Positions 12,997-26,312 are shown, counted from the first letter of the whole stretch. The stretch: DNA of 63,906 nucleotides, filler included, from Octopus bimaculoides (GCF_001194135.2; 5 parts of 5 records of this genome joined end to end with filler, not necessarily neighbours in it); one strand, 5' to 3'. The notes: generated from the letters alone by a model not told the origin. Made by a program: numbers and translations.

Positions 12997-13084
12997 AATC
13001 TACATATCTATCTGTCTTAAATAATTCCGCCTTAAATAATTCCTCTTAGTCGAATGACGCGACCCCCATACTTATTTTTGCAAC

Positions 13085-13495
13085 CCTAGTACTTATTCTA
13101 TCGGATACTTTTTCCGAACCGCTAAGTTATTGGTACGTAAACACAACCAACACCGGTTGTCAAGCGGTGGTCGAGGGATACAGACACAGTGATACACATA
13201 CAAACACACATAGGCGTGTGTTGTGTGTGTGTGCGTGTGTGTGTGTGCGTACGCGCGCACGCGCGTGTTTGTGTTTGTCCCTCCACCACGGGCTGAAACC
13301 GGTGTTGGTGAGTTCACGTCCCAGTAACTTAGCGGTTTGACAAGAATGTGCGTGTGTGCGTGTGGTGATGTGTGTTTGTGTGTGTACATATTTACACACA
13401 CACCATCGGCTTCTTTCGTTTTCCATCTACTAGGCTCACTCACAAAGGTTTGTTCGCCCTGAGGAAGATATTTGCCGAAAGTCCCACGCAGTGGA
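13085..13495 (-). mobile_element. Rearranged SINE family B remnant (minus-strand pieces with an internal plus-strand piece at about 13270-13345)
   Basis: CCGAACCGCTAAGTTA..ACCGGTTGTCAAGCG at 13110-13170 and its inverse ACCGGTGTTGG..TAACTTAGCGG at 13297-13335. A head fragment CCCACGCAGTGG lies at 13483-13494. Confidence 0.75.
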
Positions 13496-13770
13496 ANNNN
13501 NNNNNNNNNNNNNNNNNNNNNNNNNNNNNNNNNNNNNNNNNNNNNNNNNNNNNNNNNNNNNNNNNNNNNNNNNNNNNNNNNNNNNNNNNNNNNNNNNNNN
13601 NNNNNNNNNNNNNNNNNNNNNNNNNNNNNNNNNNNNNNNNNNNNNNNNNNNNNNNNNNNNNNNNNNNNNNNNNNNNNNNNNNNNNNNNNNNNNNNNNNNN
13701 NNNNNNNNNNNNNNNNNNNNNNNNNNNNNNNNNNNNNNNNNNNNNNNNNNNNNNNNNNNNNNNNNNNNNN

Positions 13771-13807
<37 letters not shown>

Positions 13808-14519
13808 CATATATATATATTTGTGTGTGCATGTATGTGTGTGTGTACATATGTACGTATGCATGTATGTATGTATGTATGTATGTATGCATATATGTGT
13901 GTGTATGTATGTGTACGTACGTATGTGGGTGTATATATCTTTAGTCGATGGGTATCGATATCAATAATAAACACATGAACTTCCCACTTCTGAAACTCTT
14001 AAACTTTGTGGCAAGTCAAAAACTAAATCAATGTTTATTTTCCCTTTGAGGAGTGTGCTGCATATTTGTAATCTAGCACAGCAAATGTAAATGAATTGGG
14101 CTCTTATAAATAAAGTTTTCATGAATGACGTTTCAGTGGAGCCGTTTTCTTGCGAAAGATTAGTAAATTCCGCTTTGTTATCCAAAATCCATTTAGACAC
14201 TTCATACGTTTTAACTGACACATTTCCTTTAGGTGCGGTGTGGCTGTCGACTCACCAGATGACTATCTTCCTACGTTTATATTGTATACAACACAAGTAG
14301 TTTTCTCTTAGCTGATTATTCAATGTAGTTCTTACATCCGCTTAGAGATTTTTAACTTTTCAAATTCAATTAAATTCCACTTAAATTGAACATGAAACTA
14401 AACGTTCAATTCCACTTAAATTACAAGAGAGCAACTTCATTTGCACAATGGATCATTCAATGCTTATATTTGTTGCAGGAGGATATGAAATAACTTTCCT
14501 AGCCTTTCTTTTATAATTT

Positions 14520-14700
14520 ATTCGACTGCGGCTATGATGGATCTCTACTTTGAAGAGTTTAGTCGAATAAAACTACTCCAGTACCTTATTTTTGTTTTTA
14601 AATTCTGGTACTTATTTTATCGGTCACTTTTGCCGAACTGCTAATATTACGAGAATAATATTATAAATCAGTCAACACTGATTATCAAGCGATGAGGGTG
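14520..14700 (-). mobile_element. SINE family B 3' fragment
   Basis: GGTACTTATTTTATCGGTC..TTTGCCGAACTGCTAA..TCAAGCGATG matches the family B tail. Confidence 0.7.
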
Positions 14701-15781
14701 ACCAAACGCCCAAACGTAACGCAAACACAAAGATTCACAGACGTAGATTTATACATACCAACGAACTTGTGTGTGCATGTTCTTCTATACACGTACGCGC
14801 GCGAGTGCGTGCGTGCAATCGTGCGTGCATGCGTGCGTGTATGTGTGTGTAATTATGTACGCGAATATATTATGGTGGTTAAAATCATATCAAATACCAT
14901 ACAAATTAAATTCTAGGCCCTTCGAGAAAATAATACGCAAATGCCAAGTGGTAATTGCATCGAAATCGAAGAATCCATCTTGTATATCATTTGATATTCT
15001 TTTAATCACCTTTCTTGTGCATTTTCATTTTACTGACTAGGTAAAAAGTCTGTGGATTTCATCTGCTAATGTCAAGGTAAAACAAATGCTGTACGGATGA
15101 TGCTGCGATCCAGAAACACATCTACTTAGCTGCCCCCCCCCACTCTTTTTTTTAAATANNNNNNNNNNNNNNNNNNNNNNNNNNNNNNNNNNNNNNNNNN
15201 NNNNNNNNNNNNNNNNNNNNNNNNNNNNNNNNNNNNNNNNNNNNNNNNNNNNNNNNNNNNNNNNNNNNNNNNNNNNNNNNNNNNNNNNNNNNNNNNNNNN
15301 NNNNNNNNNNNNNNNNNNNNNNNNNNNNNNNNNNNNNNNNNNNNNNNNNNNNNNNNNNNNNNNNNNNNNNNNNNNNNNNNNNNNNNNNNNNNNNNNNNNN
15401 NNNNNNNNNNNNNNNNNNNNNNNNNNNNNNNNNNNNNNNNNNNNNNNNNNNNNNNNNNNNNNNNNNNNNNNNNNNNNNNNNNNNNNNNNNNNNNNNNNNN
15501 NNNNNNNNNNNNNNNNNNNNNNNNNNNNNNNNNNNNNNNNNNNNNNNNNNNNNNNNNNNNNNNNNNNNNNNNNNNNNNNNNNNNNNNNNNNNNNNNNNNN
15601 NNNNNNNNNNNNNNNNNNNNNNNNNNNNNNNNNNNNNNNNNNNNNNNNNNNNNNNNNNNNNNNNNNNNNNNATATATATATATATATATATATATATAAC
15701 AAAGTAAAGTTGTAAGATACCGCACGAGTGGAAATATATATGAAAGAAGGTTTGAAAATGCAACTTTAAAAATGCTTATTC

Positions 15782-15822
15782 ACTTGACCGGTTTCACTTT
15801 TTTAGAAAAAGATTTCAAAAGT
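15782..15822 (-). ncRNA. Degenerate minimal hammerhead-like motif
   Basis: ACUU UUGAAA U CUUUUU-cua-AAAAAG U GAAA CCG GUC AAGU. Stem I and the palindromic ACCGGU are intact, but the core is damaged. Confidence 0.35.
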
Positions 15823-15837
15823 AAAATGTAAGGCTAT

Positions 15838-16272
15838 TGAGAAATCTGCAGTTACTCTATCCAGATTACAATTTCAGGTTTACACCTGTAATTATTGGTG
15901 CCCTGGGATATGTAACACACTGCTTAAATAACAATCTTGAGAAAAATTAGGCTTCTCAAAAGGAGAAAGCTAATTCGAGGACTACAGATCCAATCCATCA
16001 CTGGAACAGTAAAAATCTGTAAAACTTTCCAGAAGTTTGTAATTAAAATATATATGAACATGTCCTAGATATGCAACTATATGCATGAGAATACATACAT
16101 AAAGCATACAAATCTGCACATACATACATACATACATACATACATACATACATACATACAAACAAAAATACCCTGATGTTGATGTTAAAATTCCAATGAA
16201 AAACTTTGGATCTAGATTAGAAACAGGTTCTTTCTTTATTGGTAAGAAATCTTGAAATAAACTGAATAATGA
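15838..16272 (+). mobile_element. 3' end of an RLE-type non-LTR retrotransposon with an internal (CATA)n in the 3' UTR
   Basis: LLYPDYNFRFTPVIIGALGYVTHCLNNNLEK..LQIQSITGTVKICKTFQKFVI*. Homologous to 34866-35090 (+) and 29130-29325 (-). Confidence 0.8.
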
Positions 16273-17799
16273 CATACATACATACGCATACATACATAGA
16301 CACATTCATATTTTGTGCAAGTAGTCAAGAGTTACTTTTCTGATATATATATGTTTGTGTTAATTTAGCATTGTATTGCGATAAGAGTAGGGTGTCCATA
16401 ATTAACATTCTATACTATATTAAGTGCGTATTTTCCTCTTGTATTTCCCTATCAAATTTTATNNNNNNNNNNNNNNNNNNNNNNNNNNNNNNNNNNNNNN
16501 NNNNNNNNNNNNNNNNNNNNNNNNNNNNNNNNNNNNNNNNNNNNNNNNNNNNNNNNNNNNNNNNNNNNNNNNNNNNNNNNNNNNNNNNNNNNNNNNNNNN
16601 NNNNNNNNNNNNNNNNNNNNNNNNNNNNNNNNNNNNNNNNNNNNNNNNNNNNNNNNNNNNNNNNNNNNNNNNNNNNNNNNNNNNNNNNNNNNNNNNNNNN
16701 NNNNNNNNNNNNNNNNNNNNNNNNNNNNNNNNNNNNNNNNNNNNNNNNNNNNNNNNNNNNNNNNNNNNNNNNNNNNNNNNNNNNNNNNNNNNNNNNNNNN
16801 NNNNNNNNNNNNNNNNNNNNNNNNNNNNNNNNNNNNNNNNNNNNNNNNNNNNNNNNNNNNNNNNNNNNNNNNNNNNNNNNNNNNNNNNNNNNNNNNNNNN
16901 NNNNNNNNNNNNNNNNNNNNNNNNNNNNNNNNNNNNNNNNNNNNNNNNNNNNNNNNNNNNNNNNNNNNNNNNNNNNNNNNNNNNNNNNNNNNNNNNNNNN
17001 NNNNNNNNNNNNNNNNNNNNNNNNNNNNNNNNNNNNNNNNNNNNNNNNNNNNNNNNNNNNNNNNNNNNNNNNNNNNNNNNNNNNNNNNNNNNNNNNNNNN
17101 NNNNNNNNNNNNNNNNNNNNNNNNNNNNNNNNNNNNNNNNNNNNNNNNNNNNNNNNNNNNNNNNNNNNNNNNNNNNNNNNNNNNGAATATATAAATATAC
17201 ATGTGTTTGTGTGTATGCTTGTGTTTATACACACCTCTCTCTCTCTCTCTCTCTCTCTCCCTCTCTCTCTCTCTCTCTCATTGTGCTACTGTCCTGAGCT
17301 TTGGTAAGATATTGATTAGGAGGCTTTTGCTTTGGTTTTTTTTTTTAACACACTACAAATAAGTGAGCCCGAGAACGAATTTTTATCGACCTACATGATG
17401 CATAAACGAGTAAAACTATAAGATACAAACTTCAGGTCACTAGTTCTTACATTGGATAGACTAGTATAACACTCCAACCTTAGCTCCCAAATTACAACAT
17501 GATGCATTACACACGTGCACGAAATAAAATTTGATAGGGAAATACAAGAGGAAAATACGCACTTAATATAGTATAGAATGTTAATTATGGACACCCTACT
17601 CTTATCGCAATACAATGCTAAATTAACACAAACATATATATATCAGAAAAGTAACTCTTGACTACTTGCACAAAATATGTAAAACCTGAGGATCAAAATT
17701 TGAATACAACAGAGAAATCAACACGTGGCTGCGGATACATGATACAAACAGACAAAACGCTTTTAAGAGAAAAGTCTACATGAATTCAGTCAATATATA

Positions 17800-18003
17800 G
17801 GTTTCAAATTCTGGCACAAGGCCAGGAAGCGCAAGGAATGGAAGGAGAATTCGATTTTACCGCCCCCAGTGCCTAAGTGGTACATATTTTATCGACCTTG
17901 AAAGGATGAGAGACAAAGAATTAAAACTCTGAACATAAAGACGTACGAAAAGCCGTGAAGCATTTCACCCGGAGTGCTATCGATTCTGGTAGCCCCCCGC
18001 CTT
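17800..18003 (-). mobile_element. SINE family A copy 7
   Basis: Diverged family A head and core. Confidence 0.8.
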
Positions 18004-18400
18004 TAATCAATCATCATACATGACATGACACAAACGCCAAATATATTCAATTCAATTCCTGAAAATGAGAATGCGAATGGCTTTAAACGTCGGATGTGAA
18101 TTTGGGAACTGTGTTGTTCCAAACCAACTGTAGATTACTAATAAGAAATTAAGACCTACATCAAAAAAGATATAACTTGAAGGTAGTCATGTATTTAATG
18201 AAATAAATACATACACACATATATATATATATACATATGTACACACTCACACACATATAAGCACACGAACACTCACACGCACACATTTATATATATATAT
18301 ATATAATGTTCAACGCAATGTACATAAAGCAATAAAATAGTGGAAAGAAAAGTTCTGACCTGTTTTGTATTAGCTTTACCCTGAAATACAAGGAAAATGA

Positions 18401-18436
18401 TCTTGACGTTTCGGATGCAAGTCCTTCTTCGGGAGA
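18401..18436 (-). ncRNA. Degenerate minimal hammerhead-like motif (Penelope-associated type)
   Basis: UCUC CCGAAGA A GGA-cuugca-UCC GAAAC GUC AAGA. It has U4 to C in the core and a mismatch at the closing pair of stem I. Confidence 0.5.
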
Positions 18437-18814
18437 AAAATATAGACGTAAAGAGAAGGAAGAGTGTATACGAAAATAAATGTTTCAAGCAGGAAAATAG
18501 GCGAGTGGTTTAGAGGCCAGTTGGAAATCCGGTTTTATGGCGGGAAAAAATTGACGAGGAACGGGTTGTTCGCTTATAGGATTGTAGACATCTATTGAGA
18601 CAGGTATAAGCCAGAGTTGTGCATATGGTTTTGGGTATATGTGTGTAGAGGCGTTTGATAATAGAGCTGAGTGTAGTGAACGAGGATAGCGTAGAAGTGA
18701 AGAAGTGGGAGCAGTCGAGAGTGTAAAGTGAAAGGGAAGGAAAGACGTAGGTTATAGATGTGAGCTGTTTATAAAAATGTAAAAGAAGAGGAGATTGACA
18801 AAGTCGAGGCAAGA

Positions 18815-19011
18815 TATGTACCCTTAACGTAGTTCTCAGGGAGATTCAGCGTGACACAGAGTGTGACGATGCTAGCTCTTTGAAATACAGGAATTACTCA
18901 TTTTTGCCGGATGAGTGGACTGGAGCAGTGTGAAATAAAGTGTCTTGCTCAAGTACACAACGCGTAGCCGAATCGTGAGCCGAAAGCCTTAATCACTACG
19001 CCACAAGCCTT
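18815..19011 (-). mobile_element. tRNA-derived SINE family C (5' part)
   Basis: Reverse complement of TGGCGTAGTGATTAAGG..TTGTGTACTTGAGCAAGACACTTTATTTCAC..CTGTATTTCAAAG..CTGAGAACTACGTTAAGGGTAC. Confidence 0.85.
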
Positions 19012-19013
19012 CA

Positions 19014-19095
19014 CACTCAGAACGTAAAACTCAGAAACGTAATGACCACTAAGCATTTTTCCTGTCGTGCTAACGATTGTGTCAGTTCACGACCT
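19014..19095 (-). mobile_element. SINE family A copy 8 (head only)
   Basis: CTCAGAACGTAAA..CTAAGCATTTT..GTGCTAACGATT. Confidence 0.65.
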
Positions 19096-19208
19096 TAAAC
19101 ATACATTATAGTTTCTTTTAACATAAAAAAAACTATGACCCAACTTTGTAGCAGAAGCAAATTTGTTTAAAATTTGGTATTTACTAAGGTTTTATATTCT
19201 TCAATTAA

Positions 19209-19529
19209 GGGTCATGGCTTAGTGGTTGCTGGTATTCGGCTCACAATCGTAAGGTCGTGAGTTTGATTCCTGGTGGTGCGTTGTGTGCTTGAACAAGGCA
19301 CGTTATTTCACGTTTCTCCAGTCCACTCAGCTGGCGAAAATGAATAATACCTGTTTTTCAAAGGACCAGCCTTATAACATTCTGTGTCACGCTGAATTTC
19401 TCTGAGAACTACGCTAAAAATTACGCGTGTTTGTGAAGTGCTTATACACTTCCGCGTTAATTTCACTAGCAGGCTGTTCTGTTGATCGGATCAACTGGAA
19501 CACTTCTCATCGTAACTGACGGAGTGCCA
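19209..19529 (+). mobile_element. tRNA-derived SINE family C, near full length
   Basis: A box TGGCTTAGTGG, B-box-like GAGTTTGATTCC, central GTGCTTGAACAAGGCAC and tail ending CGTAACTGACGGAGTGCC. Confidence 0.88.
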
Positions 19530-19684
19530 GTAATATTGTTCAATAGGAACACCAAAATATTGTTTATATTGAATTTATCATATGGGGTCGAGTGTCACGG
19601 GCAGCCATTGACTGTTTCTATCCAATTGATTTTTAAACTTGACATTTACACTCTATTGTTTATAGGTTTATCCATAAACATATA

Positions 19685-20960
19685 TTGGGTTGTCCGGAAA
19701 GTTCGTGCCGATTTTTAAAGGAAAGAAAAAGGTCAATAAATACTTGCCATTACATTTTTAATCAACCAAATTTGAACCGTTTTGTTGCACAATGGGTCTC
19801 CATTTTCCCTTTAACTTGAAAATACCCTCTTCCCAGAATTGAGGTGGTTTCATGGCAAAGAATTCATCAAGGTATCTTTTTACGTCACCCAAGGAATTGA
19901 AATTTTTACCATTAAGACTATTCTGCAGAGACTTGAATAAGTGGAAATCCGAAGGAGCACTATCTAGCGAATATGGAGGGTAGGGTAACACATCCCAGCG
20001 GAGCTGCAGCAATTTTTGTCTGGTTCCCAAAGAACGTGCGGTCTTGCATTATCATGTTGGAAAACAACACCCTTCCTGTTGGCCAATTCTGGACGTTTAT
20101 CTTGAATTGTTGCTTTTAAATCGTCCAGTTGTGTGCAGTATTTCTCAGAATGGTCTGGTTACTTGGAAGAAGCTCATAGTACAGAATTCCTTTCCAATCC
20201 CACCAGACACAAAGCAGGACTTTTTTAGGGTGAAGACCCGCTTTTAGGATGGCTAAGGGTGGCTCATGTCGCTTACTCCAGAATCGTTTTCTCTGAACAT
20301 TTCGGTCGATAATCCATTTCTCATTACCTGTCACAATTTGCTTTAAAAAAGGTGCGTTTTTATTCCGTTTATAAAGCGAATCACAGATGGAAATGCGATC
20401 CAAAAGGTTCTTCTCACTCAACTCATATGGTACCCAAACATCATAGCGATTTGTATACCCAAGCTTTACCAGGTGCTCATGAACGACGGATTTTGATAGG
20501 TTGAGGCTTTCTGCCAATTCTCAGGTTGTGCAATGTGGGTTATTCTCAATTAATGACTTGATTTGGTCATCATCTATAGTGGATGGTCTGCCTGATCGCG
20601 CTTTATCAATAAGGCTACAATCTCCAGCTCGGAACCTTGCGAACCACTTCCGTACAGTTCTTTCGGATAAAGAAACATCACCGCAAACTGCGCATATCTC
20701 TTTGGTTGCTTGAGAGGCATTTTTCCCTTTACGGAAAAAGAAAAGCATCAAGCGCCGAAAATGAACTTTCTTATCTTCCATTTTAAAGGGTTACGGAATT
20801 AACACAGGTTATAGGAACATAAGCCTTCTTCCACGAAAAGATATAAACTGTGTTCTAAATGGAGGTGTAGTCAAATCCTATTTTATGGACTCAACCATGT
20901 TCTAAAATAAGTCGAAAAGTAAGCTATTATAAATCGGCACGAACTTTCCGGACAACTCAA
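19685..20960 (-). mobile_element. Full-length degenerate mariner transposon (1276 bp, TA-flanked)
   Basis: TIRs TTGGGTTGTCCGGAAAGTTCGTGCCGATTT and AAATCGGCACGAACTTTCCGGACAACTCAA, with TA at 19683-84 and 20961-62. The broken transposase has HFRRLMLFFFRKG, RSGRP, WVPYEL, VTGNEKW, HPKKVLLCVWWD and YSLDSAPSDFHLF. Confidence 0.96.
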
Positions 20961-21059
20961 TATTTTATCTTTTCATTTTGTTTGAGAGTATGAAGTGACT
21001 GACTGACTGAAACAATTGTGAGATGGATTAAACGCTTATTCGTATATTTTTTGTGTGTC

Positions 21060-21438
21060 TTTTGAGTCCATACTACCGATCTCATCTTTGATTTTTCCCT
21101 CTAGGATCGATGAAATTAGATTTCGATCACAGCAGGAGGAATTTCAACCATATTTCGTGGTCTGCTACCACAACAGCTCCTTTATAGGATCCAGTTGGCT
21201 CAAGACATCATCAGGAGGAACCACGTCCGGTTTCGGCCCCTACTCCTCTACCGGTTTGACGTGGCGGGGCCCCTCCTTTTGGAGGTGTCTTCAGCTCTGG
21301 TGTTGGGTGTATGTCTTCTTTCTTCTATTCCCTGGCCTCTTCGATGCAGCATCAACGAGTGTCAGCGTCCGACTGATCGTCATGTCAAGTTCCCCTTTTT
21401 ATATCTGCTGCTAGGCTCCATCAGGCAGCCCCAGCTAG
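21060..21438. repeat. Unclassified GC-richer interspersed repeat, copy 1 (homologous to 58200-58745)
   Basis: Shares AGCTCCTTTATAGGATCCAGT, AACCACGTCCGGTTTCGGCCCCTAC, TTCAGCTCTGG and TTCGATGCAGC with the 58 kb copy. Confidence 0.75.
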
Positions 21439-21809
21439 NNNNNNNNNNNNNNNNNNNNNNNNNNNNNNNNNNNNNNNNNNNNTTAATTAATTAANNNNNN
21501 NNNNNNNNNNNNNNNNNNNNNNNNNNNNNNNNNNNNNNGTATATTTCTTCTTCGCACACCTGCGTTTATCCGTGCGATTATGTATGTACGTACATGTGTG
21601 TACGTGTGTTTGCCTCCAGTGCCAAAAAGTACTGTCACCACAAACCATGTTGGACGTCCAAAACAGCCGTACTAAATCGCCTGCGTTCGTTCCAGTATGA
21701 GAGAGTTACCGAGAGAAGATTTACTTAACAGATGACATTTTTTTTTTCGTTTCAATTTCAGATGTTCAACCTCAAATGTCCTAGTTTCAATTAAATCGAT
21801 TAAAACCCT

Positions 21810-21870
21810 TCAAGGTGGTGCTCCAGCATGGCCACAGTCAAATGACTGAAGCAAGTAAAAGAATAACAGA
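21810..21870 (+). mobile_element. SINE family B tail fragment
   Basis: GGTGGTGCTCCAGCATGGCCACAGTCAAATGACTGAAGCAAGTAAAAGA. Confidence 0.8.
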
Positions 21871-22638
21871 AAATACCGTCAACTTTTTCTATACGCTCCA
21901 TTCGGAGTGACCAGCTACTCTATAACATTAGCCTGAACGATGTATGTAACGTAGACGACCTCAAAACATGTAATAATCAACCCCTTGTCACCTTCTCACT
22001 GCTTTAACTCATATTGCACTTTTAAGTAAACTCAGTGTTATATCCCGGGGGCCCAGACAACCTAATAGTACGCATTCTTCTCAAGACTGAGTGGTAGACG
22101 CTTGTTTATCACCCTCCACGTGGTTCAAAGATATCGTAAGAAGAGTTCCCATTCTATTGCAAGGCGTCGTTTGTGAAAATAACGAGAGACAACATGCATG
22201 GCCGCGAAGAGGGCCATGTATTTTGTCGTTCTTCACCTAAGTAAACTATGAACAACTATGGAAGTCCAGTAAATCTATTCCATAAACTCTAGTGATACTG
22301 GAGTGATCTCTCTGAGATGTTTATGGAAGCCCAGATTCATGCTGTGCCTCATTAATTTCTAGTTGATATATGGAAGAACAAACACTACAATACTACTCGT
22401 TTTTTTTTGTTTGTTTTTTTTTTTTTTTCAAGATTGTTGATTCTGACCGGAAATTACGGAGGTGCAGATAGTAAAGTAAAGGGAAAACATCGCCACCGGA
22501 AACTAAAACTCTTTCCTAGATTCACACACACAAACACACACAACATAATGATTACATACACACATTTCCACACACATACACAAATACACACGCACTCGCA
22601 CACACATCATACACATATTTTCAGGAGCATACACGCAC

Positions 22639-22703
<65 letters not shown>

Positions 22704-23234
22704 CGCGCACACACACACACGCACACGTACACACGCACACGCACATACACGCACGCACACACACACACACACACACACACAGCAAAATCATTTATTTTCG
22801 CATGCACTCACACAAACATTTTAGACATGTTCACACATGACATGCGAACGCGTACACACACGCACACACGCACACACGCGCACACACGTACACACACATG
22901 TATACACACACACGTATACACAGAGGGAGTAGGTATATCTGTTGAACATGAATATTTAATTCTCCCACGCACTAATGCGATAAATTGAGCCAGTTGATTT
23001 CATAATTAGAGATATTTATCAATGGAAACAATATATACGGAAGGGAAATGGCTGCGATGGCTTTCATCACTTTCCGAAGGGGCGTAAGCAAACCAAGTAA
23101 TACACACACATACACACACACACACACATACACACACACACGCGTCTATGTATGCATGTCTCTTTGTTTATATATATACATACAAACAGAAACATACAAA
23201 TAAATATAAGTGAATATGTTTATAGATAGATAGG

Positions 23235-23271
<37 letters not shown>

Positions 23272-23701
23272 GTGTACATATGTAAGCATGTATGTTTATA
23301 GCTCTTATATATATCTCTCATTTTGTTTCCGACTGATATACATTCGTGTGAGGGGGGGGCGTGTGTGCATGCGTGCGTGTGAATGTGTGTGGGTTCCTGT
23401 GTGTGTCAGCGTGTGTGCGTGTGCATGCACGAGTATGCGTTTAATTCTGAATACTAAGACATACTATATACACACACACACATACACATATGCACACCTA
23501 CGCATACGCACACACACACATACACACACGCACGTACACACACACACACACACGCAGGTACACACACACACACACACACACCTACGTAAGAGAAATCAAC
23601 ATAGTTGACACCACCAAATCTGTTCAGTAGCTGTAAGCTTGTCTGGCGGGAGTGGCCCCTTAATCTGTATTGACAAGGAAAACACGACAACGTAGAGCCT
23701 C

Positions 23702-23764
<63 letters not shown>

Positions 23765-24136
23765 NNNNNNNNNNNNNNNNNNNNNNNNNNNNNNNNNNNN
23801 NNNNNNNNNNNNNNNNNNNNNNNNNNNNNNNNNNNNNNNNNNNNNNNNNNNNNNNNNNNNNNNNNNNNNNNNNNNNNNNNNNNNNNNNNNNNNNNNNNNN
23901 NNNNNNNNNNNNNNNNNNNNNNNNNNNNNNNNNNNNNNNNNNNNNNNNNNNNNNNNNNNNNNNNNNNNNNNNNNNNNNNNNNNNNNNNNNNNNNNNNNNN
24001 NNNNNNNNNNNNNNNNNNNNNNNNNNNNNNNNNNNNNNNNNNNNNNNNNNNNNNNNNNNNNNNNNNNNNNNNNNNNNNNNNNNNNNNNNNNNNNNNNNNN
24101 NNNNNNNNNNNNNNNNNNNNNNNNNNNNNNNNNNNN

Positions 24137-24175
<39 letters not shown>

Positions 24176-24234
24176 GCTTGTGTACAGAGCGTGATATATA
24201 TGTGTGTGTATGTGTATGTGTGTATATACACACA

Positions 24235-24270
<36 letters not shown>

Positions 24271-24306
24271 TACATACACACATACATACATACATACATA
24301 CATACA

Positions 24307-24340
<34 letters not shown>

Positions 24341-24588
24341 CATACGTTCATACATACATACGTTCATACATACATAAGCTTAATATGTCAGAATAATTAA
24401 GTAGTTCGGCAAAAACGACGTCCAGGTTTCGATCCCACTGTAGGACATTTTGTGCAAATCTCACTTTCTATATCTCCAGACTGATGTCTCGTATCTTGCT
24501 CTAACCCTTATTCTTTGTTTCTACTTCTCTTCATATTCATCTTGTCTATCTCACTATCCCTTTTCCATCCCTCTATCTCTCCCCCTCG

Positions 24589-24633
<45 letters not shown>

Positions 24634-24643
24634 NNNNNNNNNN

Positions 24644-24688
<45 letters not shown>

Positions 24689-25679
24689 CTTTTAATTTAT
24701 ATTTCACGCTTTTTTTCTCTCTGTCATTTTTCGTCTTTCACTTTCTCTATTGATCTATCGATATCTCGATATATCTATCTACCTATCTATCTATCTACCT
24801 ATCTATCTATCTACCGGTCTAAACACATACACAGACATATGTTGCTGGCAACATAGGTTGCTGCTAAGAGAGAGAGACACGAATAGCTGTAGAATGGTAT
24901 CTTTTCCGGAGCTGGCGTTGAAGCTGATCCAAATACAACCCAAAAATCTATGGAAAATCATCGAGCAGATAAACCTCCTGAACGTTTCCAGCTGCACATC
25001 ATGGAAGCTGATGGAAGACCTAAGTGCCACACATATTGTAACATCAACCACCTGAGGGTCTCCAGCAGGAGTAACAACAGCAACAACGACAGTAATATCA
25101 GTAAATTTAGTACACTAATACTGAGAAACGAGAGAAGAATGACGACGGAGGAAACAGCAGAGAAACGGCTTCTCTAAGAAAAACAACACTAACACCTACA
25201 ATACATTCGCAAACACGTCTCACTCTTTTATTAGAGGCACCCTTTATGCTACGGACGCTTCTGCTGCTGCTAATGGTAATGCTACTGGTGACGTCTGTAT
25301 GAACGGTGGATGTTGTACTGGTATCATTGATAGAGCTGATGCGATAGCATTTTAATCAGCTTCTTCAAGGTTCTGCACTAACCTTGGTCGAAATCACTAT
25401 ATATTTACTATTTTGAAATGCTTTCCAAAATATACATACACTTCATTTTAATGGCTCCCAAGAAGTTACAGGTTGTTCCACAAGCACTCAGCTCTGAGCG
25501 CGCAGCTTTTTATAACAGAAACGGGTGTAAGCTAAGAAAGATGATTAGGCAACTCCTGTGTGTTTGACATTCATTAAAAGCATACATAATTGATTTTTAT
25601 TCACATTCATGTTGGCAAATTCGTGCAAACACTTAGCTAAAGTAATGAGTGTAGAAGTGTCTTTGATACACGAGTGTGT

Positions 25680-26312
25680 GCGATTACACTGTATGGTGTG
25701 TGTGTGTGTGTGTGTATGTATGGATGCATGCATGTATGTATATATGTTTGTGTTTGTCTGTACGTATGTATGTGTGTGTATGAGTGTGTGTATGCATGTA
25801 TGTATGTCTTTTTGTATGTATGAGTGTATGTGTATTATGTATGCATGTATGTGGATATGTAGGTATGCGTGTATGTACGTACGCATGCATGTGTGTATGT
25901 AGGCATGTGTGTATGCATTCTTGTATGTATATATGTATGTACGTATGTATGCATGCATGTATGTATATATGTATGTATGCATGTATGTATGAGTGTTTTA
26001 TGAATGTGTGTTTGAGTGTGTATGCATGTATGTGTATATGTAGGTATGTGTGTAGTCATGTGTATATATATATATATATGAGTATGTATGCATGCACATA
26101 TGTATATATGTATGTATGTGTGTATGTATGTGTGTATGTGTGTGTTTGTATGTATGTGTGTATGAGTGTTTGTGTGTACGTATGCATGCATGCATGAATG
26201 TATGTATGAATGCATGCATGAATGTATGTATATATGTATGCATGTATGTATGTACGTATGCATGTATGTATGTACGTATGTATGTATGTATGTATGTATG
26301 TATGTATGTACT
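25680..26312. repeat. Long degenerate (TATG)n/(TG)n microsatellite field
   Basis: Read directly from the sequence. Many similar fields occur throughout the window, for example 11480-11740, 22520-22920, 35080-35340 and 59440-59690. Confidence 0.95.

Noticed and set aside
19758-20781. SETMAR-like or other domesticated host transposase gene (also 1352-2119 and 56097-57137)
   Set aside because: The frames are broken, the catalytic D is replaced (TGNE) in two copies, there is no SET domain, and TIRs with TA duplications show ordinary dead mariners.
21439-21538. TTAATTAATTAA islands inside gaps (also 37153-37252, 54038-54137, 61003-61102)
   Set aside because: Each is exactly 44 N + TTAATTAATTAA + 44 N = 100 nt, with stops in all six frames. 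This is an artificial scaffolding linker, not biology.
22407-22988. His/Thr/Tyr/Ile, Val/Cys/Met and homopolymer ORFs throughout the window
   Set aside because: They are translations of (CA)n, (TA)n, (TACA)n and trinucleotide microsatellites.
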